Source of the DNA: Eledone cirrhosa
Lineage: Eukaryota
NCBI GenBank assembly: GCA_964016885.1
Contig: OZ024741.1
Span: 193,626,001-193,690,000 of the forward strand
DNA length: 64,000 nt
Direction of reading: 5' to 3'
The position numbers and the translations under genes are program-made. Of the stretch, positions 1-11,869 are shown piece by piece (within the stretch, counting starts at the first letter, position 1; every line of letters starts with the position of its first letter). Below the pieces are notes generated by a model, which did not search any database, was not told where the DNA came from, and saw only the letters and a list, made by a program, of their open reading frames with translations.

Positions 1-370
1 AGTGAAACATTGATCTTCATGTCTCAGGACGTTGGCAAACATCCTTTTTTCAGCCTCTCTCTGAACTGTGTATACCTGTCATCTAGTTTCTTTCTTAGCT
101 ACCTAGTACCAGTCTCTGCTACCCCCATTTTTCCAGTCTTTCATTGCCTGTCTCTTGGCTTTAAATGGCTCTATTCACTGTGCTACTCCATCACCAGGTC
201 ATTCTCTGTCTGGTTGACCATTTACTCCAGCCACAAGTCTCATCAGTAGTTTGCAAAAGGTTGTCACGCAAGAATTTCTAATTGCTCTCTACATTATATG
301 TATCTAGCTCATGACCCATCTCATCAAATGCATCCTATAGGGCCTTTCTAAACCTACATTTAATCAAAAG
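1..370 (-). mobile_element. Degenerate RTE LINE fragment (APE-RT linker region)
   Basis: Minus translation DAFDEMGHELDTYNVE..FLRDNLLQTTDETCGWS..AKRQAMKDWKNGGSR, with stops, aligns by eye to the RTE copy at 56950-57230. Confidence 0.75.
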
Positions 371-1064
371 GTCCTTTATATAAACAGATATAATTTTATC
401 ATATATATGTTTGTATATATATAGCGAAATCTATCCACACACTGTGACATCTAACAGGTTCTTAAGTCTGTTGAACAGGAACCTTCCTACGGTAAACACG
501 GCAGAGTTTTGCTCTGGTCTCCAACTAGAGATGCATTTTTTTGTCTACCCATCAAACCATTAGCAAGATGTTGTCTTAGGCAAAAATACACCTTGGGCCT
601 GCCTGTGGGCAGGGCCACAAGAAATAACAGCCAGCCACCTTTATAAGGCAAGTTACCTTGTATCGCTGCACACACGATTTCTTCATACCCACACATACCT
701 CACACATTTTCTCCATGTACATAGTTCTCCTTGTTTGTTGTTCATGATTTTCAACTGTAACAAATGATAATTTAAGTGTTTCTGTAACAAAATGTTAATT
801 AATAAATAATATATAAATGTTGCGGAAATTTTCGTTTTTCTATAACCATGGCAGTGTGATCGGATAAAATCACTTTCCCCATGATATTAAACACATTCGC
901 TTTCCACAGATATTCACATTGGTTAACTATCACGACTTCGTGTTTGATCACCACCATAATGCTGGATTGATACAACTAACGTGGAGTGCTCTTACCTTCT
1001 TATGCCTGTTTATCAACAAGATGTCCCAATTCAACTCTTATAGATAAATAACACGGTAATTAGA

Positions 1065-1085
<21 letters not shown>

Positions 1086-1103
<18 letters not shown>

Positions 1104-1676
1104 GTTGTGTTCTGGAGAGGAGATTGCGTTGGCATGGACATGTGATGCATATGAAGGACAACTGTATAAAAAGGTGCAGAGCAATCAAAATTGAAGGAAG
1201 CTATGGAGTGGGTAGACCAAGGAAAACCTGGGACAAGGTGATAAAAACTGACCTTGCTCACTTACACCTCTCTAAGACAATGTCACTGGATTGAGATCTT
1301 TGGCGATATGCAGTTGTACAGAAGACTCGCCTTCCTTTGCATACAAACTTAAACCTACAGTCAGCAGGCACCTCTTAACCCAATATACACCCCACTCTAC
1401 GCCCCCTACTCTATCCTCCCATTTCCATCCACTGTAAAGTCGTCATGTCGGTGAAACAACAAAAAGCGTCCACACTGTAAAGTGGTCATGTAGGAGACAT
1501 GGTAAAAAGTTCCCAGTCCACACTGTAAATATGGTTTATGTTAGGAAGAGCATCCAGCCATAGAAAACCTGCCAGAGACGAGTGAGACACAGTCTCCTAA
1601 TTAATCCCAAATCAAGTGGAACAAAACCGTCTAACCCATGCTAGCGTGGGAGATGGATGTTAAACGATGATGATAT
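1086..1676 (+). mobile_element. RTE LINE 3' fragment with 3'UTR and (GAT)n tail
   Basis: Matches 58920-59543 (RPRKTWD region, taggaagagcatccagc, gttaaacgatgatgat tail). Confidence 0.8.
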
Positions 1677-3115
1677 ATCATCATCATCGTTTAACGTCTA
1701 TCTTCCACGCTAGCATGGGTTAGACAGGAGTTGTCCAACTTCAGGCAAGATTGGTCGGGTGACTATGTCTCGCTCGTATAGGACTATCTGGCAGGTTTTC
1801 TACGGCTGGATGCCCTTCCTAACACCAACCACATTTACAGAGTGGACTGGGAACTTTTCACCGTGTTACCTACAGTGTGAACTGTGTGTTTTTTTTTGTC
1901 GTGACACCTACACAATCTCATTTACTTTGGACTGGATGTTGTAGTACCAACATAACTTTATAGAGAAAGGGTGTTGTTGGCTGGAGTGGGAGGATGGAGT
2001 GTTGTGGTGGGTTAGGGGTGTGTTTGGTTTGGAGGTGCCTACTGACTGTAGGTTAACTTTGCACGTAGGGAAGGCAGGTCTTCTGTAATACTGCGTGTCG
2101 CCAAAGATCTCACTCCAGTGAGATTGTCTTAGAGAGGTGCAAGTGTGCAAGGTCGGACTTTATCATGTTGTCCCACGTTTTTCTGGGTCTACCTACTCTG
2201 TAACTTCCCTCAATTATGATCGCGCTGCACTTTTTTATACAGCTGTCGTCTTTCATGCGCATCACATGACCATACCAACATAATCTTCTCTCGAGTAAAC
2301 AGCATCTGATCCCTCTTATTCCTAATTTCTCACTTAGTTCATTTATGTTTTGCCGGTTGTGTATATTACTATTACACATCCAAAGGAACATGCATGCTTT
2401 GTTCCTTTCCAGTCTGCGCAGGTCCTCTGCACACAATGCCCATGTCTCACTGCCATGTAACATTGCTGTTCATATACAGGCATCATACAATCTGCCTTTC
2501 ATTTTCAGAGAGAAACCTTTGTGGCCAACAGCGGTATAAGCTCTCTGAACTTTTTCCTTCCCGTTCTAACTCTGGCTACTGCACTTTCAGAACACCCACC
2601 ACCACTGCTGATTTTGTCAACCAGGTAACGGAAAGTGTCCACTATTTCTATGGAACCATCTGGGCAGTAGAAGGAGCTAGTATCTTGTGGGCACTTGCTA
2701 CTTATTGCACCTGATCCCATATAAAATCTATGTTCTTAGATAGCTTGCCTGTGATCCCACTACATCTTTTATGTACCCATAATTTGCATTTGGGACATAA
2801 AATGGAGTTTCTGCCTACTCCTTTCCTACATACTGAGCATGGCCATTTCCCAGAGGGCACCTGTGCCCTATTTTCCTTTCTACATACTAGAACTTTAGTC
2901 TTAGACAAGTTAACTTTAAGGCCTTTTGATTCTAGGCTATGCTTCCATGTTTGGAATTTCTTCTCTAGTTCAGCCATAGATTCAGCTATGAGCATTAGAT
3001 CATCTGCATATGGAAGTTCTCGTGGGCAGCCAGTCTTAAACTCCTCGGTTATAGCCTGAAAGCCAATAATAAACAGGAGGGGGTTAAGGACAGAGCCTTG
3101 ATGAACACCAACTTA
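1677..3115 (-). mobile_element. 5'-truncated RTE LINE (RT C-terminal half, 3'UTR, tail)
   Basis: ORF pieces 2702-2995, 2505-2720 and 2110-2463 are highly similar to 57183-59150; tail-to-tail with the preceding copy. Confidence 0.9.
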
Positions 3116-3280
3116 TGCACAATATGGATGGTGAGGTTACCTCTTTAGTCACCAACAGCCCAACGAACAATTATTATCGTTATTATTATTTTTGTTGTTG
3201 TTATTATTACTATCATTATATATGTTGACCCTTGAGGCTAATAAAGAACTTATTATTACCATTATATATTTAGGATAGCC

Positions 3281-3485
3281 AATTGGCAGAATTGATAGAG
3301 CATCAGAGAGAATTCCTTTGTGGTATTTGTTCTGGCTCTTTACGTTCTGAGTTAAGTTTTGCCCTTCATCCTTACAGGGTTGATATATCAAATTTCAATA
3401 AAGCACTGGTGTCAATTTAATTGACTTTCCCCTTGCTTTCAAATCACTGGCATTGTGCCAAAATTAGAAACAATTATTATTATTT
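3281..3485 (+). mobile_element. Degenerate tRNA-derived SINE (family A)
   Basis: ttgcccttcatccttacagggttgata core and tgtgccaaaattagaaacaattattatt tail shared with 26440-26630. Confidence 0.6.
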
Positions 3486-3544
3486 TATTTCCTCAGGGTT
3501 TCATTGTTTTACTGACAGTATTTGGATTGATAGATACCAAGCTG

Positions 3545-3900
3545 TCTCCTGCAATCTTAGGTATCTAATGTTGTGCCAAGCAAACATGCTTTCTAAAGAG
3601 TCATGAAATTCGCCTTTATATCTAACATCTTCAACCAACTATTCAAACTTCTTGCCTTATTACAATTGGGATGATAACAACTTTGAGGTAATTGCAGATT
3701 CTCTGCATTTCATCTTCTAGCTCATGGTACTTTAATATTTTCCTGCATTCTAGTAAGAAACATCAATTGGGCAACACACACTTTCCTTTTTATTGAATAT
3801 AACAAAGTCTGTGCATGAACACTCCATTTGTCTATCCATTTGTCAATTTTCATGTCCCATGGTACTTTTCAGGGACACTATTTTGCATGCTCAAATTCAA
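3545..3900 (-). mobile_element. Decayed restriction-like endonuclease domain of an R4/NeSL-like non-LTR retrotransposon
   Basis: Frameshifted minus translation: PWDMKID..FVIFNKKESVCCPIDVS..KILKYHELEDEMQRI..KVVIIPIVI..KACLLGT. Confidence 0.55.
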
Positions 3901-3929
3901 ATAACTATGTTGGAATAACCACCATATAA

Positions 3930-4140
3930 TAATTGTTTCTATGTTTAACTCAAGGCCATCAATTTTCAGGGGATGGAAAAGTCGAAATTATCAACCCCAG
4001 TGCATTACTGGTACTTTATTTTATCAATCTCGTAAGGATGAAAGGCAAAGCTAATCTCGGCAGGATTTGAACTCAGAACATAAAGGGCTGCAGCTATATG
4101 CTGCAAAACATGTTGTCCAACGCTCTACTGACACTACCAT
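3930..4140 (-). mobile_element. tRNA-derived SINE (family A)
   Basis: Reverse complement of the family A core (actggtactttattttatc..taaggatgaaaggcaaag..ggatttgaactcag). Confidence 0.75.
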
Positions 4141-4490
4141 AATAATACAATATAATGCTGGTATAGTTAAAAAGCATCTTAACATTTTGGACACTAGTCC
4201 TTCATTGGAAGATAGAAAAAGACGGAAAAGGGGATGTTTGAGAGAGCAAAGAAAAGGAAAACAGATGAGAGTAAAAAATAAAATGGAGAAAGGGTGGGTA
4301 GGAGAGAGAGCACGTGTTTTTGTAAATGAATCATCCTGAAAAAAAAAAATATATATATATATGTATGAGAATTTCGTATTTCTAAAGAAATATGGTATGT
4401 TTACAGGTAAACATTTAGAAAGCCGTAGCTATAAAAAACACTGGGGCTAACGCCCTCTCGTGGTGTCTAGTAGAAGCAAGGGGGACAATT

Positions 4491-4528
4491 GTTAATGCAT
4501 TTCAAACTTAACTGGTTCTCATCAGGCC
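4491..4528 (-). ncRNA. Type I hammerhead ribozyme motif (degenerate stem I)
   Basis: Minus: ggc-CTGATGA-gaac cagttaa gttt-GAAA-tgca-TT-aac. Confidence 0.55.
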
Positions 4529-4628
4529 GAACCCTCCCACACTTGCAACTGCTGGACTTGAAAACAGGCGAGAAAACCATGTATTCTCGCCTGTTTTCAA
4601 ATCCAGCAGTCCAAGTGTGGACGGGTTC

Positions 4629-4666
4629 GTCCTGATGAGAACCAGTTAAGTTCGAAATGCATTGAC
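4629..4666 (+). ncRNA. Minimal type I hammerhead ribozyme motif
   Basis: gtc-CTGATGA-gaac cagttaa gttc-GAAA-tgca-TT-gac: stem I gtc/gac, stem II 4 bp, palindromic stem III ATGCAT. Confidence 0.8.
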
Positions 4667-5379
4667 AATTGTCCCTCTACTTCTGCTGGACACCACCAGA
4701 GGGCGTTAGCCCCAGTGTTTTGCACAGATACAGCTTTCTAAATGTTAACCTGTAAACATACCGTATTTCTTTAAAAATACGAAATTCTAATACATATCTA
4801 ATACATACAGCTATGCATGAAGCTAAATCCTAATCTTATTCAATATATATATATATATAAAAATGTAAGTCCAAAGAATCATTAGATAAAATATATACAG
4901 TATTTCCTCTCCAAATCAGTATAAATTAACCACACAAAAAATCATTTAAACGAGGCTATAAGTTTAAAATATACTTCTAACTTCAATTGTGTACCTAATT
5001 CTGTGTAGTTAACTATTTGTCTTGTCAATTTCTACAGGCTAGGAGAAATACTAGGTAAGTGTCATATAGCTGTGTCATATACACCGTGAATGGTTGCCAA
5101 ACGCATATATGTATTTATGACTTTGTCTAATTTATATATATATACCCTTTGAATTTAATATATATATATAGTACATGTATATTTGTTTGCTATTTCTAGT
5201 AGCTTGTGACAATGTCTTATGAGTATGTGTATAAGTTTTCTTTGCAGCTACATGGAAAAAGTTTGATTCCACAGTGTGACACCATGGACTTTTACTTATA
5301 CTAGATATCAGGTCGACTATCATGTGAATGAAATTTGGTAGACAGAAACTGTGTGAAACTGTCCAACTGAATGTTCCTT

Positions 5380-5845
5380 TCAAAGTCAGATGTCACCAGC
5401 TTATGTTCTGAATGAGTCGAAGTAGGCAATTGTAGGTGCCATCAAGGCGCTTTTGTTGTTTGGATGAAGCGTCCATGTTTCACTTCCATATAGCAAGATT
5501 GGTTGAATTGTTACTTGGAAGAGTCTAATTTTAATGTGGCTGGAAAGATTTGAGTGCCAAACTCGATTCATTTTGTTGCAAGCTGACCACGTAAAAGGAG
5601 AGAAAGATTTGCTGACCACTGCCATTGTGCCACTTATGAGGCTGTGTCCCCATTAATGCTTTGGAAACCACAAGCAGTCACTAATATCAGGGGGCACAAG
5701 CTCTCCTATCCCGATGTCATCTCCAGAGATTCTGGTATTGAAATCCAGGACTTGACAACGGCAATGAATGACAGATGAATGTGGAGATCAATTGTTGAGT
5801 CGATTTTGGCTGAGGCCGCCTGATGATGATGATGATGATGATGAT
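5380..5845. mobile_element. RTE LINE 3' fragment (second family) with an inverted 5' part
   Basis: 5380-5590 minus encodes WSACNKMNRVWHSNL..PILLYGSETWTL; 5590-5845 plus encodes RFADHC..DLTTAMNDR..AEAA* followed by (TGA)n. Confidence 0.7.
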
Positions 5846-6084
5846 GAATGTTCCTGTTCTTGGGTTCTAGATTTAATCTATCACATGGTTTAACAGAACT
5901 GTGAGCATTTTTGGAGCACTTTATCAGAGTCCACTTAGAATAAGTTGATGATAAGTTTTTCAATTCTTACCACCTATTTTGCAGACATAAAAAAGGGTAA
6001 TGGACCATTAAAACAATCAATGATTCTCTGTATACATACTATAAGAGTGAAAAATAAGACAATAAACTTTCTCTATACACTCAC

Positions 6085-6201
6085 CTCATCTTCATCAAAG
6101 TCCAGAACAACATCTTCTTCCACAAGACGTTTTGTAGGTAGATCATCACGAGGAAACATATATTCCCAACAACTGCCATCAGCCAGATTGTACTTCATGT
6201 T
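6085..6201 (-). CDS. DRC7: DRC7 coding exon 7
   Basis: cag|NMKYNLADGSCWEYMFPRDDLPTKRLVEEDVVLDFDEDE|gtgagt; 117 nt, phase 0; resembles the DRC7 FDLGDPVRWEYML segment as recalled. Confidence 0.85.
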
Positions 6202-6288
6202 CTGCAAGAATTTTGCATTTCATATTTTATATAAATATTTAATATATGTCACTTGGTGTGTATAGTATATGTGTGGGTATAATATATA

Positions 6289-6486
6289 TGAGGGTGGGCT
6301 GAAAAGTTCATAGGTTGACTATGAAAGAGTGATGCTAGAACTGTGAAATCTTGCATGCATTAATTTCAACTCTTCTTATTAATAACTGCATTGTTTCTTT
6401 CCAAGAACTATATTGAAAAATAAACCTCATTTGGTCATTCCATAAGAGTATCTTGGTCAGCCTATGAACTTTTCAGCCGACCCTCA
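6289..6486. mobile_element. Tc1/mariner-type MITE
   Basis: About 30 bp TIRs tgagggtgggctgaaaagttcataggttgac / gtcagcctatgaacttttcagccgaccctca, flanked by TA. Confidence 0.85.
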
Positions 6487-6502
6487 TATATATGTGTGTG
6501 AC

Positions 6503-9500
6503 ATCATCATAATCATCATCATCATCATTTAACATCTATCTTCCATGCTATCATGGGTTAGATAGGTTTGTCCCACTTGAGGCAAGTTGGGTCGGGTGAC
6601 TGTGTCTCTCTCGTATAGGACTGTTTCTGGCTGGTTTTCTACAACTAGATGCCCTTCCTAACACCAACCACATTTACAGTGTGTGCTGGGTGCTTTTTGC
6701 CATGTCTCCTACACAACCACTTTACTGGGTGCTTTTTGTTGTGTCACCTACATGACCACTTTATAGTGTGGGCTGGATGTTTTGTAGTACAAACATAACT
6801 TTACAGAGTAAGTGTGGTGTGGGTCGATGTGGGGGGAGGTGTATGGGTGTGGCGTGGGTCAAGGTGGGTGAGGTGTAGGGGTGTGGGGTGTGGGGTGCCT
6901 ACTGAGTATAAGTTTAAGTTTGTGCGCAAGGGAAGGCGGGATTTCTGTATTATTGTATAGTGCCAAAGATCTCAAACCTGTGTCATTGTCTTAGAGAGGT
7001 TCAAGTGTGCAAGGTCAGCTTTCATCACCTTGTCCCAAGTCTTTCTGGGTCTACCTACTCCATAGCTTCCATCAATTTTGATAGCTCTGCTGTCGTCCTT
7101 TATACACATCAGATGACCATACCAATGCACTCCCCTCTCTAGTAAACTGCATGTGATCCCTCTTACGCCTAATTTCTCACTTAATTTGTTTATACTTTGC
7201 TGTTTTTGTATATTACTATAACATATCCCTGGGATCATGCAAGCTTCGTTTCTTTCAAATATGTGCAGATCCTCTGCACACAATGCCCATGTCTCACTAC
7301 CCTGTAACATTGCTGTTCAAATACAAGCATCATACAATCTGCCTTTCGTTTTTAGAGAGAAACTTTTTGTGGCCAACAGTGTTATTAGCTCTCTGAACCT
7401 TTTCCATCCCATTCTTACTCTGGCTAGTGTACTTTCAGAACACCCTCCTCCACTTCTGATTTTGTCAGGTAATGGAAAGTGTCTACTATTTCTATAGAGC
7501 CATCTGGGAAGTTGCTACTTACTGCACCTGAGCATCGGCCACATATAAAACCTATATTCTTTGATAGCTTGCCTGTGATACCACTACATCTTTTATGTAC
7601 CCATAGCTTGCAGTTGGGACATGGAATGGAATTTCTGCCTACTCCTTTCCTGCACACTGAGCATTGCCATTTCCCAAGGGGAACCTATGCCCTATTTTCC
7701 TTTCTACATACTAAAACTTTAGTCTTAGACAAGTTAACTTTTGATTCTAGGCCATGCTTCCGGGTTTGGAATTTCTTCTCTATAGATCAGCTATGAGAGT
7801 TTGATCATCTCCATATAGAAGTTCCCATGGGCAGCCAGTCTTAAACTCCTCGGTTATAGTCTGTAAGGCAATAATAAACAGGAGAGGGCTAATCACAGAG
7901 CTTTGGTAAACACCTACTTTTACACTAAATTCTTCCCTATATTCATGGTTAATTTTACCTTTGCTGACTATTTCTCAATACATGGCTTGTATAGCTTTCA
8001 CAAGCCACTCATCTACTCCTAGTTTTCCAAGAGCCCACCAGATAATGGAACGGGGGTCTCTGTCAAAGGCTTTCTCCAAGTCAACAAAAGCTAAGTAGAG
8101 GGGTTTACTGTTAGCTAGATACTTCTCCTGTAGTTGCCATATAAGGAAGAGAGCATATGTGGTACTTTTACTTGGTACAAACCCAAACTGCATTTCATCT
8201 AGATCAGTTCGGTCCCTAATCAGCTGTGACCTTCATGACCTGGTCAACTAACTTAAAGCCACTATAGTTTTCTCTATCTAGAGCATCTCCTTTGCCCTTG
8301 TAGCAGTTAACGATGATGCTGCTATGCCAGTCATTTGGTATGACGCCATTCTGTATTACTTGGTTTATTATCCGCATGACCATGGTTTGCCCTACCATTC
8401 CAGATGCTTTCAACATCTCAGCAACTAGCCCCAAAGGCCCAGCTGCCTTGCCTGTCTTCATATCTTTGATTGCCTTACTTACTATACTATCACTAACTTG
8501 CACAGCTTGTCCTTCTGTTGGATTAACTTAGGGCAAACTATCTTTATCCCATTCATTCTCCTCATTTAGTAGTCTCTCGTAGTGGCACTTCCAAGCTACC
8601 TTCTTATCACTACCAGTGAGGGCAAGCACACCATCATCATTATGGACACACATTACCTCGCAATACTGAACACCTCATGTCTTTGGTCCTCACGTTGTAG
8701 AACATGTTTGAACTTTCTATCCTCTGCTTCCCATCTTGCAAAGTACACTTGTCGCCTAGCTTCTCTCCTAGCTACCTGATAGTGTTCTCTACTTCCCCCA
8801 TCCCGCCATTCTTTCCATGCATGCCTTTTGGCGTTAATTGTCTCCTCCACCTAACTGTTCCACCACCAAGTTACTCTCCACCTCCTTAAAGGTCTGCTTT
8901 AGCCACAGATATCATCTGTCGCCTTCAACAGGTTAACTTTCAGGAATTCCCACTGCTCCTCTATATTATACATCTCTAATTACTGTCAAAAGCATCAAGT
9001 AATATGCTTTTAAATTTTTTACTGGCTGTGGGGTCCTTCAACTTCCGCATTCTTCTCCTTAAGGTTGTCCTCTGTCGTTGAGTTCATCTAGCACTGACTA
9101 TTAGGTTTACAACAGACACTCTGTCTTGTCTTCTAGTATGGATAAAATCTATCTGGCTGGTGTGCTCCCCTGATCTATAGATGATTAAGTGATTGTCTCA
9201 TTTTTTAAAGTTTGTGTTACAGATAGTTAGGTTATTTGCATCACAGAATTCCAGGATCCTGAAGCCTTCCCCATTTCTAGTACCAAACCCATAACCTCCA
9301 TGGATCCCATCATAGCCATCATAATGTTGTCCAACAAGCCCATTAAGGTCGCCAGCAATAATTATGTAGTCAATGTCGGTTATTTGGGAAGTAGTGAACA
9401 TTAGCGACTCATAGATCCTGTCTTTTAAAACATCAAGTAGGCCAGATTGGGGTGCATAAGCGGATATAATTGACACAGTTGTTCTCTTTAGAACTAGTCT

Positions 9501-9960
9501 AATTTTAATGATTCTGTTGTTCACTCTGTTTACAGCAATTATCTTATCTACCCATTTTTCTGCTAACATAATTCCTACTCCACCCAGCCTGTTGTCATTT
9601 CCCATCCAGAAATGTTTATAGCATCATTTTTACCCACAATGAATCTAGCAAACCCACCTCTCCACTTAGTCTCTTGAACCCAGCAAACACCAACTTCCCT
9701 ACTTTCAAGCATCTCTACAACCACATTTGATCAACCTTTCAATGTGCCTACATTCATGGTATCAACTCTGAAGTTTTGAAGTTCGCTGGGAGGGAGGAAG
9801 GAATGGAATGGGGGCTCAAGGAGGAGAGTGGGAGTTAGATTTGTGTTGGCCTTGGTCTTCCATGCCTGAAATAAAGGGGGGGGGGTGTTTTCGTGCTCGT
9901 CCAGAGACAGAAGGTGAATTCATCTTTGTCATTGTCATTGTGAGTGCTCTGACTCTCCAT
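6503..9960 (-). mobile_element. Near full-length but degraded RTE LINE (APE + RT)
   Basis: Colinear ORF fragments 9198-9605 (APE: SAYAPQ, GDLNG), 8216-8503, 7975-8193 (FVDLEKAFD), 7424-7657, 6972-7310; ATC tail near 6503-6528. Confidence 0.92.
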
Positions 9961-10360
9961 CTCTGTAGTCCATTCATCATACAGAACAACAACCAGGTCT
10001 ATGCTTAAGGAGCCGAAGTGGTGGCTTTGTGATAGGGATTCATGTTAGAAACCTTACTATAAACCACTGAGTTTTGATGGACCAAATAACTACGGTGGTG
10101 TGTGGCAATGGGTGACTTCAGGGGATGAAGCATGATATTTTCAATCGTGAGAAATAATAAATGATAACAATAAATATGAACAAAATGAAATCAGACTAAA
10201 AGGGGGCTTTAGGACAAATATTTCAAACGAAAAAATGAAAGATAAACAAATATGACAAAATGAACTAGACAGAGAAAGAGAGAGAGATAATGTACAGGGA
10301 TTGCAGATAAACCTCAGGCTGACAGAAGGGTAGAATGAATCCAGAAAGATCTATACGAAT

Positions 10361-10404
<44 letters not shown>

Positions 10405-10547
10405 CGTATAGCACGGAGCATATGTGCATAAACACACATGCACCGTGTTGTATTATGACAGTATTGTGTTAGCTCAATGTACAAGAACAGAGTCGTTATA
10501 TGTAAAATAAACCAAAGAACACTTACATACTCAAACAGTTTTTATTT

Positions 10548-10592
10548 GCTTACAATGTTTCATCCATACCGTTTGGTAGGATTCCTCAGAGC
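10548..10592 (-). ncRNA. Type I hammerhead ribozyme motif
   Basis: Minus: gct-CTGAGGA-atcctacc aaac ggtatggat-GAAA-cattg-TA-agc; stem II 8 bp with one bulge; GUA triplet. Confidence 0.8.
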
Positions 10593-10750
10593 TTAATAAA
10601 CACAGTGCTGAGTATAAGCTCCACAAAGCCTAGTCACACGAACAATCGGAATGCAATAGAGGGTAAATCTCCCTATCTTTACCCTCTATTGCATTCCGAT
10701 TGTTTGTGACTAGGCTTTGTGGAGCTTATACTCAACACTGTGTTTATTAA

Positions 10751-10795
10751 GCTCTGAGGATTCCTACCAAACGGTATGGATGAAACATTGTAAGC
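10751..10795 (+). ncRNA. Type I hammerhead ribozyme motif
   Basis: gct-CTGAGGA-ttcctacc aaac ggtatggat-GAAA-cattg-TA-agc; one mismatch at the base of stem II. Confidence 0.75.
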
Positions 10796-10838
10796 AAATA
10801 AAAACTGTTTGAGTATGTAAGTGTTCTTCGGATTATTT

Positions 10839-10870
<32 letters not shown>

Positions 10871-11869
10871 CTTGCAGGTACATAATGAATGAGAGAGTGG
10901 GGGGAAAGAAATGGGTGACTTTAGGAGATGAAGCATGATATTTTCAATTGTGGGAAATAATAAATGTGTATATGTATATATCATCATCATCATCGTTTTA
11001 ACATCCCCTTGTCTTGCTGTTAAGGGTTGGGCAGGTCTACATAGGCCAAATCAGTACTGAAGTGGGGCTAGAGATCTCCCAAACAGGCCAGAGATTTGCA
11101 TTTTGTTTATGGACAGTCTCATGTTCTACCAATTGCACAGGAGAGGTTGTCATGTCTTTGACACAACTGAGAGCCCCCAAGCATTTGTTTGGCAAGTTTT
11201 ATATGGCTGGATGTCCTTCCGATCACCAATCACTTCAGAGCATGTACTGGATGCATCTATTGTGTAGATCACAAACACTAGAGAAGTTACTATACTGTGG
11301 AATGACTGAAGGGACCTCATGACTCCCCCCCCCCTTTTTTTTTCTTCTCTCTCATGGAGATGAGAGCACTCAATGCTGGAAATGTGTGGTGTAGTGATGT
11401 TGAGAATAGCTAAGGAGTGATAGTGGAGGAGTGGGGCATAGGTGGGGTGCAGGGAGAAGTTACTAGAGTGTGATAGTGAGGGTTTTAGTGTCTAAGGGTT
11501 TTAGGGGGGAAGAAAACAAAAGCTTAGTGATGAATACATGAGGGGGCATGTAATGATGGTGAGGATAACTGCTAGGGAGTGCTAATGGAAGAGGCATGGG
11601 TGGGGTGTATAAGAGTGAGTAGAGTGGCTTCTAGAGTATGATAGTGAGGGAGTCTATAGACTTTTAAAGGGTCATCAGTTAGGAGTGTGTGGGGGTGACA
11701 GGGGGCTGTAATGATGTTGAGAATAGCTGTTAGTAAGTGCTAGTGGAAGGGGATGGGTTAGGCCACATTGTATGCTGCAGGTCAGACCTTCTAAAGTTAG
11801 AAGGCTCAGCCAAATTCCCCTAACTGCAGTTTCAAGGACCAAGAACGGTACTGACCATCTCATTAGATT

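Larger units (their letters stand above)
4361..4797. repeat. Fold-back palindrome, arms about 215 bp, flanked by (TA)n
   Basis: 4361-4577 is the imperfect reverse complement of 4582-4797, centre near catg at 4578-4581. Confidence 0.95.
10498..10844. repeat. Fold-back palindrome, arms about 168 bp, in (TA)n context
   Basis: Near-perfect inverted arms around a spacer tctccctatc at about 10668-10677. Confidence 0.95.

Noticed and set aside
697-781. Exon-like segment on the minus strand (ttacag..gag|gtatgt)
   Set aside because: Translation shows no recognisable DRC7 similarity
5965-6030. Possible DRC7 exon 8 (ag..gtaag on the minus strand)
   Set aside because: In-frame TAG, a very short intron and no similarity to the expected FDMP.SW segment; the next exon is probably beyond the window start
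10108-10966. Direct repeat of about 57 bp at 10108-10163 and 10910-10966 as LTRs
   Set aside because: Too short, no TG..CA ends or primer-binding site; more likely repeat 5'UTR fragments
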